Shown here: in pieces, positions 38,790 to 52,066 of the stretch
How the letters are laid out: each line of letters opens with the position of its first letter
Numbering within the stretch: the first letter of the stretch is position 1
From: Octopus vulgaris
Lineage: Eukaryota
Length of the DNA: 64,000 nt
Reading direction: 5' to 3'
Assembly: GCA_951406725.2 (NCBI GenBank)
Contig: OX597832.1
Coordinates: 2,232,001-2,296,000 of the forward strand
Position numbers and translations under genes: made by a program
Notes under the pieces: generated by a model
The model's input: only the letters and a program-made list of their open reading frames with translations
Databases searched by the model: none
Told to the model about the DNA's origin: nothing

Positions 38790-40440
38790 CAGTTCTATAT
38801 TTAAAAGATGAGGAATTATGTACATTATTTACAATTGATGGATATTTGTCCTCATCTTGTTTGTTGTTAACACGTTTTGGCTGATATACCATCCAGCCTT
38901 CATCAGATGTCTTGGGGAAATTTTGAACCTGGAATCGAACTCGGAATCTTGGGGTTAGTAGCCTGCGCTCTTAACCACTACACCATATGCCCGTTGACAA
39001 TTATGGAGTGAATTTTAGGGCTTATAAATCTAATATTCTCTTATCCTTCTTTAATGCCAGTTCCCATATGCTGTTCATATCTGCACTCGGTCTGCTTAGG
39101 AGGTTGTTGTGTCCTAGCATATGTGCTGCTTCTTTTAGTTTTCGCATTTTCCAGTGATGTTCTCTGTCTATTTTTTTCCATACATGATCAGCTATACCTG
39201 ATTTATCAATATCTCCCCGTGTCACAGCTTTGCAATGTTCCTCTACCCTTATTTTGAGGGGGCAGCATGTTTCGCCTTTGTATAACATACCACAGCTGCA
39301 TGGGATGGAGTACACACAGTCTGAGGTCATATTCTCTTCTATTTGTGGTTTTACTCGAAGGAGATACTTGCGAAGTGTTGTATTACTTTTGAATACTGTC
39401 CTGGTGTCATATGGGCTGCGTATCTTTTGTATCTTTTCGGGGAGAGGCCTTTCACATAGGATAGACAGACTGTTGGCAGTTTATCAGATTCAAGACAGTA
39501 CATGTGTGGTAGTTTACTGTAGTGTTGAGTCAGTTGTCTGTACTTCATTGGTGTAAAGTGATCCTTGTTCTTGATCAAGATCTGTGACAACTTCCTCTCT
39601 GTTTTCAAAGTAGGGTCTTTCTTTACTTTGCTGTAGCTACCATCACTTATAAGACTTGCCAGTTTTTCCAAGTAGTCAGACTTGTTCATCATCACTGTAG
39701 CATTTCCCTCGTCTACTGGAAGTATTATGATGGAATTGTCATTCTGTAGTCTTTTGATAGCGAACGTTTCTTCCTTAATGATGTTTGGTTTGGGAAATTT
39801 CGCATTTTCTAGTAGCTGTCTCACTTTCCATCTTAGTTCATCTCCCTGAGCTTTTGGTACCTTTATGGCTATCTCTTCAATAGGGGCTATTATGTCCAAG
39901 TATGGAATGCGCTTGATGGTTGTTGCAAAGCTGAGACCCTTGTTTAGTACTGCTTCTTCAGAGCTTTCTAGATGTTAGCTACTTACATTAATTACTGCTT
40001 TCACAGGTGGGTGACAGGCTTCAGTCTTCATTCTCTGACCTTTGAGTTATATAAACTTCTTAATCTGGCATGTCTTCACCATTTCAAATTCTTTCATGTA
40101 TGACTTTTCTTGATCTTGTTGGATTCTCTTCCTATCATCATCATCTCTGGTTATTTTCCTAAGTAATGAAGATAACCCCTCTTTGATTTTATTATTTAAT
40201 TGATGTTTTTTTCCAATTGTTGTAATGGATCCTCTCATGGACGAGGGCGTGTCCTGCCCTTTCTGCTACTCTTCTAGCTTTATATAAATCCACTGGTGTC
40301 ATTATATTCAAGCCAAGTGATATTAGCTTTGAGTCTCTACATCTACACAGGAAAGTTAGATGGTTTGAAAGACAAGCTAGGTTTTGGAGTTTCTCTATAT
40401 GTCTCCATATCGAGGAGGTAAAGGAACAGATCTACTTAGA
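38790..40440 (-). mobile_element. Penelope-like element (Poseidon-type), RT core deleted, with 3' terminal region
   Basis: N-terminal NHLTFLCRC; pre-RT DNSIIILPVDEGNATVMMNKSDYLEKL; GIY-YIG CVYSIPCSCGMLYKGETCCPLKIRVEEH..SGIADHVW; followed by a tRNA-like cassette and a decayed hammerhead. Confidence 0.88.
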
Positions 40441-42725
40441 ACACACAGTGAATATGTGCTAAGATAAGGATGCTGAAATCTTGAGAATAAGGGGGCCAGA
40501 TGGGAGACTTTTACTTTAATAAAAGAGGTGTTCAAAGCAAAGCTTCTTTTTGACAGCATCATCCTACCTGCACTCTTATATGGAAGCTAGACATGGGCTA
40601 CTACATTGAGGGAAGAACATCTGTTGGTTATGACATAAGGAGCTATGGAAAGATCCACATTAAGAATATCGTTGTGAGAACATATCTGTAATGAGGTAAT
40701 TCAGGAGTGGAGTGAATGACGTGATCACAATACAAAAAGCACAAGTCATGCATGTTGCAAGATTCACAGACAACAGGTAGACCCATGAAATTGCTGAGTG
40801 GTGTCCATGCTGGGATGGGGAAAGAGAAAGGTACAATCAAGAAAGAATTTGAAACACATTGTGACCAGTGGTGTATAAGAACATCCAATATTGATACAAT
40901 ATATTTTGTATGTGTGAATATATATGTTAAATTTGTATTTTGCGATACTCTGAAATCAATATTGTGTGTGTCTGATTGTGCAACCTACTAAATCTCTCTC
41001 AAATAAAAGATATTGGCTTATAGAGTCTGAGATGAAGTATCTAAAAAGATAGGATGGTGATGATTAGAATACCTTTTACCAGATAGGCTGATCCAATCTA
41101 CATCAACCACTAATATTTTCCAGAAAGACAAAATAATGACAACCTAAATGTGGAAATGATAATCCAATTGTTGTTCTAAAGTTGTCCTTTTTATTTGTTT
41201 CCCATAAAGCAATACTTTTTGAAAGATGTATTTTATCTGGATAAAAATCTATGACGTTAACATATTATAAGCAATATATATTTTTCATATTATTTTTTTA
41301 AAATTGTCTGATGTTGATTTATATTGAAAAACAAAACTTTAAACAAATATCATGCCATACACTTCATGATTTTCTTGCTTTTTCTATTAAATTTAGATTC
41401 TGCTCAATTGAAGATGACTAACTTCAGCTATATATCTTTATGGTTTCTGTTAGAAATTAAAAAGTTCCTTTGAAAGCTGAACAAACTTTTATGTAGAGTC
41501 TACCTAAATTGTAAGCATTATCTACTTACCAAAATAGTATTTTTTTTTTATTATGATTGCTTTTAGTCACTTTCAGAGTGCTTCCCATTGTGGATTTGTA
41601 AGCATATGTATGCCATGAAGAATATGGTGTGCTTATCCTTGTTAGTGTTAAGTGTTGCTAATGTAAAGACCATTTGAAAAATATGACAAACCTTGTTACA
41701 TCTAAATTATGTATTGAAGTAATGAATGCATTGTTTAATTCTGGTTACATAATTAATTTTCACTTTCAAATTCATTATACTGTTCAATATATATAAATGT
41801 GTGTGTGAGTGAGAAAAAATAAGTTCAAAAAGAACCATTCAAACTTTTTGAAGGATCCAAAAAGAGAGAAAAATAATTTCCAACAAAAAATTCATAATAT
41901 TCATAAAAATCAGCCAGAACAAGTATTAAGAATATGAAAATAACAATTAAAAAATTTGTTATAGGTATAAAGATGCCATAAACAAGTATAAAAATGGAGA
42001 AAATATGTTAAAATCAAAATTGAATTTAATACTAAATTGAATTCAATACATAGGCACATTTCAAAGTACAATTCAAATATTTAATAAAAAAAATATTATA
42101 ACAATAATTATAGTTATGCATTGTCATTCTCATCAGTGTGAAGAATTTTTAAGAAGGAACATCAAAAAAATTATTGATAAAGTTCAATAAGGAAAGACAG
42201 ATGAGGTAATAGGGAAAAATTAAACCGGATATCTACAAACAAGTTGTAAAAGGGAAAAATAATAATAAGAGAGACAAAAAAGAAAGATATATCAAGTGTA
42301 TGCAAGTCTATTTGTGAAAAAAATATATCCGTTACACTTTTTAAGTGTAACGGATATATTTAAAAAGTAGTAAAAGATCAAGACAAAACATAATGTAAAC
42401 AAAAACACATGTCTAGCAGATATAAACAACACATTCACTAACAGAAAAAGCCATAGAAAGTCAGACGTATACATATTTATATTGAAAAGGAAAAGAAGGG
42501 GGGGGGGAGTTTTTTAGAAGCTTCTAGCTAAATAACAAAACTATATTTAAATTCATTCAATATTTGAACATATACGATTTCTTCAAAAAAAATCTCCCAC
42601 TCAAATATTACCCAGCTCAGGGAAGACATTCAAAAATGAATAATAAACAAATATATGAAGGAAATAATTATTAATTCACAAGTAATAAATACGTATACAC
42701 TTAACATATAAGAATATACACACAT

Positions 42726-43008
42726 GTGGAGGCACATGGCCTAGTGGTTAGAGCAGCGGACTTGCGGTCGAGGGATCGCGGGTTCAAATCTCAGACCGGA
42801 CGTTGTGTGTGTTTATGAGTGAAACACCTAAGCTCCATGCGGCTCTGGCAGAAGGTAATGGCGAAACTTCTGCTGACTCTTTCTTCCTGCATCTTGCAGC
42901 TCACCTGCAATGGACTGGCGTCCCATCCAGGTGGGGAACCTATACGCCAAGAAACCGGGAAACCAGCCCTTATGAGCCAGGCATGGCTCGAGAAGGAATA
43001 AACAACAA
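42726..43008 (+). mobile_element. tRNA-derived SINE with V-domain-like body
   Basis: GGCACATGGCCTAGTGGTTAGAGC...GGTTCAAATC tRNA-like head; CCTGCAATGGACTGGCGTCCCATCCAGG block; (AAC)n tail. Confidence 0.75.
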
Positions 43009-43240
43009 AAATATACACACATACATGAGTGCATGTGTATGGGAAGATACAAACATAATATAATTAACAAATACGTATGCACATAAATCATGTACACATA
43101 CATACACACATATATGCATATGCACATATATATACACATATATATAAATATAAACATATATACATGTATACATATATACATATACATACACTCACATACA
43201 TGTGTATGTATATATGTCTGTATTTATTTGTATCTGTGTG

Positions 43241-43278
<38 letters not shown>

Positions 43279-44236
43279 TACAAATGCAGACACAACTCAT
43301 ACATAGATACAAAAACACACATTAACATATGCATACACACATATATATATATAGGGGGAGAGTTCACAAAAAAACAAAGGGCGAAAACAGGTGGTGTAGA
43401 CAACAAACAGATGTATTGGTTAATGCTTGGGAAGTGAAAAAGTCTTTAGCGTTTTGAGCCTACACTCTTCCGCAGAAAGGAACAAGGAGAGAAAATAATG
43501 TGTACTGACTAGTGATCTATCATACATACATGCATATACATACACATATACACATGTGTAGTGACTAGTGATCTATCATGCATACATATACATACTCTTA
43601 TACACATACACTAAATATATACGAAGAAATCACACAATACAAATACACATACATGCACACACACAGATATACACATATACACGTACACACACATACATAT
43701 ATATATACACACACACACATAATTATTATAATTTTTTCTTAAATGTTTATATTGTCTTTTGAAACGTGTATATGTATTGAATTCAATTTTGAATTTAACA
43801 TATTTTCTGTTTTTATACTTCTTTATGGTATCTTTATACCAATAATATGTATTTTTTTCAATTCTGTGTGTGTTTATTTTTATATATATATCATCATCAG
43901 CATTTAATGTCTGCTTTCCATGCTGGCATGAGTTGGGCAGTTTGACGGAGGACTGGTGAGCCAGAAACTGCATCAGGCTCAATCTGATCTGGCAAAGTTT
44001 CTACAGCTGGATGCCCTTCCTCACACCAACCACTCCGAGAGTGTAGTAGCTGCTTTTACGTGCCACAGGCACGAGGGCCTGTCAGGTGGTTCTGGCAGCG
44101 ACAATGCTCAAAGGTGTTTTTACATGCTACCTGCACAGGAGCCAGTCCGGCGGCACTGGCAACGACCATACTCGAATGTTGTTTTTCAGATGCCAGCGGT
44201 GCATATATATTTTACATGTTATATATATATCATCAT

Positions 44237-44300
<64 letters not shown>

Positions 44301-44554
44301 TCATGTTTATATCATCATCATCATCATCATCGTTTAACGTCCGTTTTCCGCGCTAGCACGGGTTGGACGGTTTCGACCGGGGTCTGGGGAGCTCGGGACT
44401 GCCCCAGGCTCCAGTCTAGTCTGGCAGTGTTTCTACAGCTGGATGCCCTTCCTAACGCCAACCACTCCGCGAGTGTAGTGGGTGTTTTTTACGTGCCACC
44501 TGCACAGGTGCCAGAGGGGTCTGGCATCGGCCACGTTCGGATGGTGCTTTTTAT

Positions 44555-45336
44555 GGGGGGGGTGCAGAAATATAGGGGAGCACCAGTGGGAGGGGTGGTT
44601 CAGAGGACAGGTACTAGGCAAGTAGAACGTAGGATATCGAGAGAGGGGTAATGCATGGTGAAATAGCGTATTGAAGAGGGGGTTCAAAGAGTAGACACCT
44701 ATAATGGTGGTGGGGGGTGCAGAAATATAGGGGAGCACCAGTGGGAGGGGTGGTTCAGAGGACAGGTTCTAGGCAAGTAGAACGTAGGATATCGAGAGAG
44801 GGGTAATGCATGGTGAAATAGCGTATTGAAGAGGGGGGTTCAAAGAGTAGACACCTATAATGGTGGTGGGGGGTGCAGAAATATAGGGGAGCACCAGTGG
44901 GAGGGGTGGTTCAGAGGACAGGTTCTAGGCAAGTAGAACGTAGGATATCGAGAGAGGGGTAATGCATGGTGAATAGCGTATTGAAGAGGGGGTTCAAAGA
45001 GTAGACACCTATAATGGTGGTGGGGGGTGCAGAAATATAGGGGAGCACCAGTGGGAGGGGTGGTTCAGAGGACAGGTTCTAGGCAAGTAGAACGTAGGAT
45101 ATCGAGAGAGGGGTAATGCATGGTGAAATAGCGTATTGAAGAGGGGGGTTCAAAGAGTAGACACCTATAATGGTGGTGGGGGGTGCAGAAATATAGGGGA
45201 GCACCAGTGGGAGGGGTGGTTCAGAGGACAGGTTCTAGGCAAGTAGAACGTAGGATATCGAGAGAGGGGTAATGCATGGTGAAATAGCGTATTGAAGAGG
45301 GGGGTTCAAAGAGTAGACACCTATAATGGTGGTGGG
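44555..45336. repeat. G-rich tandem repeat, ~155-bp unit x5
   Basis: GCAGAAATATAGGGGAGCACC recurs at 44564, 44719, 44875, 45029, 45185; units nearly identical. Confidence 0.95.
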
Positions 45337-45663
45337 AGAAACGACATCCGGTATAGTTGGAGCAAAATAGAGATATCCGGTATTGGTGGTGGGGGTGGGT
45401 AGGGCGGGCGCGCCGCGAAGAATCGGCAGCCAATTTCTAATCAGCCCTGTAAGGGAGATAGATCTTAAATATCTATAACGATAACTAGTGAATTATACAG
45501 AATATGCAAAAAAAAAAAAAAACGAGGCGAGGCTGAAATAGTAAACAGAGTGGCGACTAGGGGGATCAGAATAATAATAATTAATAAATAATAATAATAA
45601 ATAGAGATGATATATATATATATATATGTTTATATATATATATATATATATATATATCATCAT

Positions 45664-45700
<37 letters not shown>

Positions 45701-45749
45701 GCATATATATATTATACATATTTAATATATATATATTATGTGTATATAT

Positions 45750-46143
45750 ACTCTTTACTCTTTTTACTTGTTTCAGTCATTTGACTGCGGCCATGCTGGA
45801 GCACCGCCTTTAATCGAGCAACTCGACCCCGGGACTTATTCTTTGTTAACCCAGTACTTATTCTATCAGTCTCTTTTTGCCAAACTGCTAAGTGATGGAG
45901 ACATAAACACACCAGCATCGGCTGTCAAGCAATGCTAGAGGGACAAACACAGACACACATACATACATATATATATATACATATATACGACAGGCTTCTT
46001 TCAGTTCCTGTCTACAAAATCCACTCACAAGGCTTTGGTCGGCCCGAGGCTATAGTAGAAGACACTTGCCCAAGGTGCCACGCAGTGGGACTGAACCCGG
46101 AACCATGTGGTTGATAAACAAGCTACTTACCACACAGCCACTC
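45750..46143 (-). mobile_element. tRNA-derived SINE, same family as 6990-7378
   Basis: Reverse complement of the 6990-7378 element. Confidence 0.8.
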
Positions 46144-46174
46144 ATACATATTATATATTATGTGTATATTATAC

Positions 46175-46216
<42 letters not shown>

Positions 46217-46217
46217 G

Positions 46218-46248
<31 letters not shown>

Positions 46249-46376
46249 TAATTTATATATAGAGGGCATTATTATACATATATGCCACACGCTAAGAGGG
46301 ACATTAGTCATTTCTACCAAAAATTTTACTAATCCTACAAAATGCAATTCTTCAAAGCAAGACATTTAAAAAATTA

Positions 46377-46425
46377 AGTCTTGTATCACCTGTGATTTCG
46401 TACTTACGTACTCATCAGCAAGACT
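46377..46425 (-). ncRNA. Type I hammerhead ribozyme (inverted copy)
   Basis: Exact reverse complement of 46947-46995. Confidence 0.83.
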
Positions 46426-46946
46426 GGTTCTGAACGTATCATAAATAAACGACCCGTCTCGTCGGAGCCCAACAGCCAACTGCTAAACCCAACGACGCAC
46501 ATGGGGAAGTTTACACATAATACATTATTTATACATAATACATAATGTCTTGCTTTGAAGAATTGCATTTTATAGGATTAGTAAAATTTTTGGTAGAAAT
46601 GACTAATGTCCCTCTTAGCGTGTGGCATATATGTATAATAATGCCCTCTATATATAAATTAATATGTTCAATAAGAAAGAATTATTTTCAAAATTTTTTC
46701 TCTTATGAGGTTTTTCACGCTATCTACCTGATAATTTCTTGTTAAGATTCCTTATTAAGATGTTATCCTTAATTGTTAAATAATTTTATTCCGAAAAAAA
46801 CTTTTCCTACCCGAAATGCAATTCGAAGAAGCCTGCCATTTACCGGATGTATTATGTGTAAACTTCCCCATGTGCGTCGTTGGGTTTAGCAGTTGGCTGT
46901 TGGGCTCCGACGAGACGGGTCGTTTATTTATGATACGTTCAGAACC

Positions 46947-46995
46947 AGTCTTGCTGATGAGTACGTAAGTACGAAATCACAGGTGATACAAGACT
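46947..46995 (+). ncRNA. Type I hammerhead ribozyme
   Basis: AGTCTTG-CTGATGA-GTAC(GTAA)GTAC-GAAA-TCAC(AG)GTGA-TA-CAAGACT: perfect 7-bp stem I, full catalytic core, G-C closed stem II with GNRA loop, stem III, AUA cleavage triplet. Confidence 0.85.
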
Positions 46996-47241
46996 TAATT
47001 TTTTAAATGTCTTGCTTTGAAGAATTGCATTTTGTAGGATTAGTAAAATTTTTGGTAGAAATGACTAATGTCCCTCTTAGTGTGTGGCATATATGTATAA
47101 TAATGCCCTCTATATATAAATTAATATGTTCAATAAGAAAGAATTATTTTCGAAATTTTTTCTCTTATGAGGTTTTTCACGCTATCTACCTGATAATTTC
47201 TTGTTAAGATTCCTTATTAAGAGGTTATCCTTAATTGTTAA

Positions 47242-48485
<1,244 letters not shown>

Positions 48486-48509
48486 ACAGTGTAGCACAAA
48501 ACGGAGGTT

Positions 48510-49680
48510 TTTGCACATAAGAGGTGCAGCAACATCAAAGGAAAATTAACCAAGAAGACAGCCTTCGTGTGCGGCAGATGCACAGGGGCAATAGACACCA
48601 CAGATACTCAGAAAACAGATTCCATCACACTCCAGGGGAAGAAACTAGAAGTAGTTGATAGCTTCCGCTACCTAAGTGACCAAGTTAGTAGTGGGGGTGG
48701 ATGCTCAGAGAGTGTCACCACTAGAATAAGAATAGCCTGGGCAATGTTTAGAAAGCTGCTTCCCCTACTGGCGACAAAGGGTCTCACGCTCAGAGTGAAA
48801 GGTAGATTGTACAATGCATGTGTGCAAACTGCCATGCTTCACAGCAGTGAAATGTGGGCTGTGACTGCAGAGGACATACGTAGGCTCGAAAGAAATTAAG
48901 CTAGCATGATCCGCTGAATGTATAATGTCAGTGTGCACACACGACAGAGCGTCAATGCCCTGAGAGAAATACTGGACATAAGAAGCATCTATGTGGCATG
49001 CAGGAGAAACATTTGCGTTGGTATGGTCATGTACTACGGATGGATTAGGAGAGATGTGTGAAGAAGTGCCACTCTCAAACAGTTGAAGGAATCAGGGGTA
49101 GAGGTAGACCCAGAAAGAAATGGGATGAGGTGGTCAAGTATTACCGTTGAACGTTGGGCCTCACAACAGCAATGACAAAAGACCAAGACCTCTGGAGATA
49201 TGCTGTGACTGCAAAGATCCGACAATTGAATTGAGTTCATGGCTCACAGGACAGCCTGCTGTTCTTACCTTGGATCTTTGGGCAACCTGCTGTGCTTGAG
49301 GAGACCTATTGAGTCAAGTACATCAACATCAAAATAAAAATCAAATGGAAATTGTAGTTGTGATACTCATGCCAGTAAAAAGCACCATCTGAACGTAACG
49401 GAAGCCAGTTCTGCCTTGACTGGCATCCATGCTGATGGCACATAAAATGTACTAACCGATCGTGGCCATTGCCAGCCTCCTCTGGCCCCTGTGCTGGTTG
49501 TACGTAAAAAAGCACCCACTACACTCACGGAGTGGTTGACATTAGGAAGGGCATCCAGCTTTAGAAACTCTGCCAGATCAGCTTGGAGCCTGGTGCAGCC
49601 TCATGGCTTCCCAGACCCCGGTCGAACTGTCCAACCCATGCTAGCATTGAAAGCAGACGTTATTTTGTGTGGTGAGGTAG
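48510..49680 (+). mobile_element. RTE LINE 3' fragment with its 3' UTR repeat
   Basis: LEVVDSFRYLSDQVSSGGGC..RIRIAW..GRLYNACVQTAMLHSSEMWA, followed by the abundant aggaagggcatccagct 3' sequence. Confidence 0.85.
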
Positions 49681-50139
49681 TCTTTTAAAAATACATGTCA
49701 TGCTGAAACTTGTAGCAATGCTTTAATAAAAATTATATTGTTATGCACATTCACTTCTGTGCATGCCTGGGTTAGATAGATTTAAGTGGCAGATTTTCTA
49801 CAGCAAAATGGCTTTTCTTGTTACCGACCCTCACTTTCCAGATGCCAAGATAATATTTTCCAATGTTTTCATGGAAGATTGAGAACAAATGTATGATGTT
49901 GGCACTTGTTTACAATCATATGACGTCAAATCAGAGAGGCACAAATACACAGCTGCATGCATGTTCAACCATATGCACAATAGGTTTCTTTCTGTTCCCA
50001 TCAAGCAAATCCACTCAAAGCTATGACTAGCTTGTAGCTACAGTAGAAGACACTTGGCCAAGGTTCCATGCAATAAGACTAGACCTGAAATTACATGGTT
50101 AGAAAGTGAACTTATTAATCACACACACTCAGAGGCTAA

Positions 50140-51165
50140 TTTTGAATCATTCTTCAAGTAAAATCTACTTTAGTTCCTTCAGTGACAATGGTAGAGGGTT
50201 GCATTGAGATCTGGTGGTTGTTGTGGCCAATTCAAGTCCTCTACATCACTTTTGCGCTCTTCCTACCAATTTTGAATAACATTTGCCATGTGAATCAACA
50301 CTTTATTGTCTTGAAAGATTGCACTACCATCAGGGGACAATATTTGTACCTGATCAGCCAAGATAGTCAGATAGCTCTTGCCATTAACTTTGCTATGTAG
50401 AACAAATAAAGGGCCTGGAGAATTCTGAGATATAGCTGCCCAAATCGTCACAGAGCCACCCACACTTCATGGTAGGGGCCAAGCAGTCAGGATTGAAGGC
50501 TTCTTTGAGCTGTCACCAGGTATAAACACACTCTGAAATGGGCAAAAGGGTGAATGATGATTCATCAGAGATGACATTGTCCCACTGAGTCAGTGACTAC
50601 TTCTGATAGTCAGGACACTTTTTACTGCTTATGTTGACGGAGGACAAGAGAGGTTTAGCAGTTGCAGCTCTCCCACACACTGAAGGATTTTGGTTTATAA
50701 ATGTTTGGCAAAGTTGTGATTTAGCCCTACTGTCACTTTTGCTGCCAAAGTTCAATGATTTTTAGACACAGTACATTTCACTATTCTGCAATCCCTCTCT
50801 CTGAGCTTTGCCTTCTATCCAGAATTATGCTTGTTTTGGAATGTCAACATTATTTTAGAGACCATGCTTTTCAAAATATTAAGTAATTCAGCAGTTTTAG
50901 TAACTGCAGCTCCAGCCATTTGTAGTTCCAACAATTTGTCCTCATTAGAAATTAGATAGATCATGCATTTCAACTTATTACTTAAATATCAATATCTACA
51001 TTTAAAAAAATGGGCCTGTATCATGATGTATAAAGCATACATAATACCTTGTACATATGAATACATATATTAAAAACAATAAAAACTTTGAATTTGTCAT
51101 ATTACCTATAGAAAAATCAGTTTAATGAAAAGTACCCTTTGCATTATTTTGTCCAATTTCTTGAA
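50140..51165 (-). mobile_element. Decayed Tc1/mariner transposon
   Basis: SDESSFTLL, GGSVTIWAAIS..PGPL..VNGKSYLTILADQV, AIFQDN..IH, WPQQPPDLNA motifs of Tc1 DDE transposases. Confidence 0.8.
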
Positions 51166-51957
51166 TTCTGTGTGTGTATTGACTGCTTTGTGTATTTTCA
51201 CTCCATGCATATATGCTAATACACAAATGTGTGTGTGTTTGTAGAGAAAATTACCCAATTCTTCAGGTTACCATATTGGAATAATGGTTGTTTGAAGATT
51301 TAAGTGATTCCTTTACAAGAAAATTGTCAATAGTCACCATCCTGGTTTCAAACATCCAAATTAAATTAATTCCTTGCCTTATGGAGTTGAATTTTTTTTC
51401 TTCCATTTGTTTTACTACTAATACCCACATACACACACACAATGCTGGCATGTATGGGTGTGTGGTTAGGGATTTTTGAGATTTGATCCTACTGCATGGC
51501 ACTTTGGGATGTGTCTTCTGCTCTAACCTTGGATTATCCAGTGCTTTGTGAATGTAATTTGAGAGAAGAAAGCTGCCTCCTTTGTGTGTGTGCATATGTT
51601 CATTGGCGTTTGTCTCCCTGCATCTTCACATCCACATCTTGGGTAGTGGTGACATTTATGTCCCACAGCTCAGCAGTTCAATATGCAAAGACCATTGGAG
51701 TAAAATACTTTACCTGAAAACAAATACAAGTCGGAATCAGAAAAGGTATCAAGCTATATAATACTGCTTTAAAGTCTTGCTTAAGCCATGCTCTCATGGA
51801 AAAAGCAAGCATAAAAAAAATTATGGTGACACATTTTCTCAACCATGCAAATAGTGGAAATATTATATAAATCAATGAAAAAGTTTTTTAAAAATTCAGT
51901 TTATCTCATCTGTTTATTTTGCCACTTTCATTTTTTTTTTCCATTCTTGTTAGATAA

Positions 51958-52066
51958 ATGCCTGCTGTAGTTATGGACATTGAAGTACCCAGTTGCTCTA
52001 GAAAACAAGTAACTGATGATGTCATAGAAAATGTTCATATTTCATCTCAGAATCTGCTTTTTGATG
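51958..52066 (+). CDS. USP gene first coding exon
   Basis: Long pyrimidine tract + TAG at 51951-53; in-frame TAA (51955-57) directly before the ATG; MPAVVMDIEVPSCSRK...; donor G|gtacgt. Confidence 0.7.

Noticed and set aside
42728-42800. tRNA gene
   Set aside because: The acceptor stem does not close and the sequence continues into a SINE body and tail.
43441-43490. Hammerhead-like motif on the minus strand (GCGGAAGAG-TGTAGG-CTC-AAAACGCTA)
   Set aside because: Both core halves deviate (no CUGA; AAAA for GAAA). At best a decayed PLE-terminus copy.
52013-52040. CTGATGA..GAAA inside USP exon 1
   Set aside because: Stem II is barely paired, there is no A15.1-U16.1 pair or stem I, and it is explained by coding sequence.
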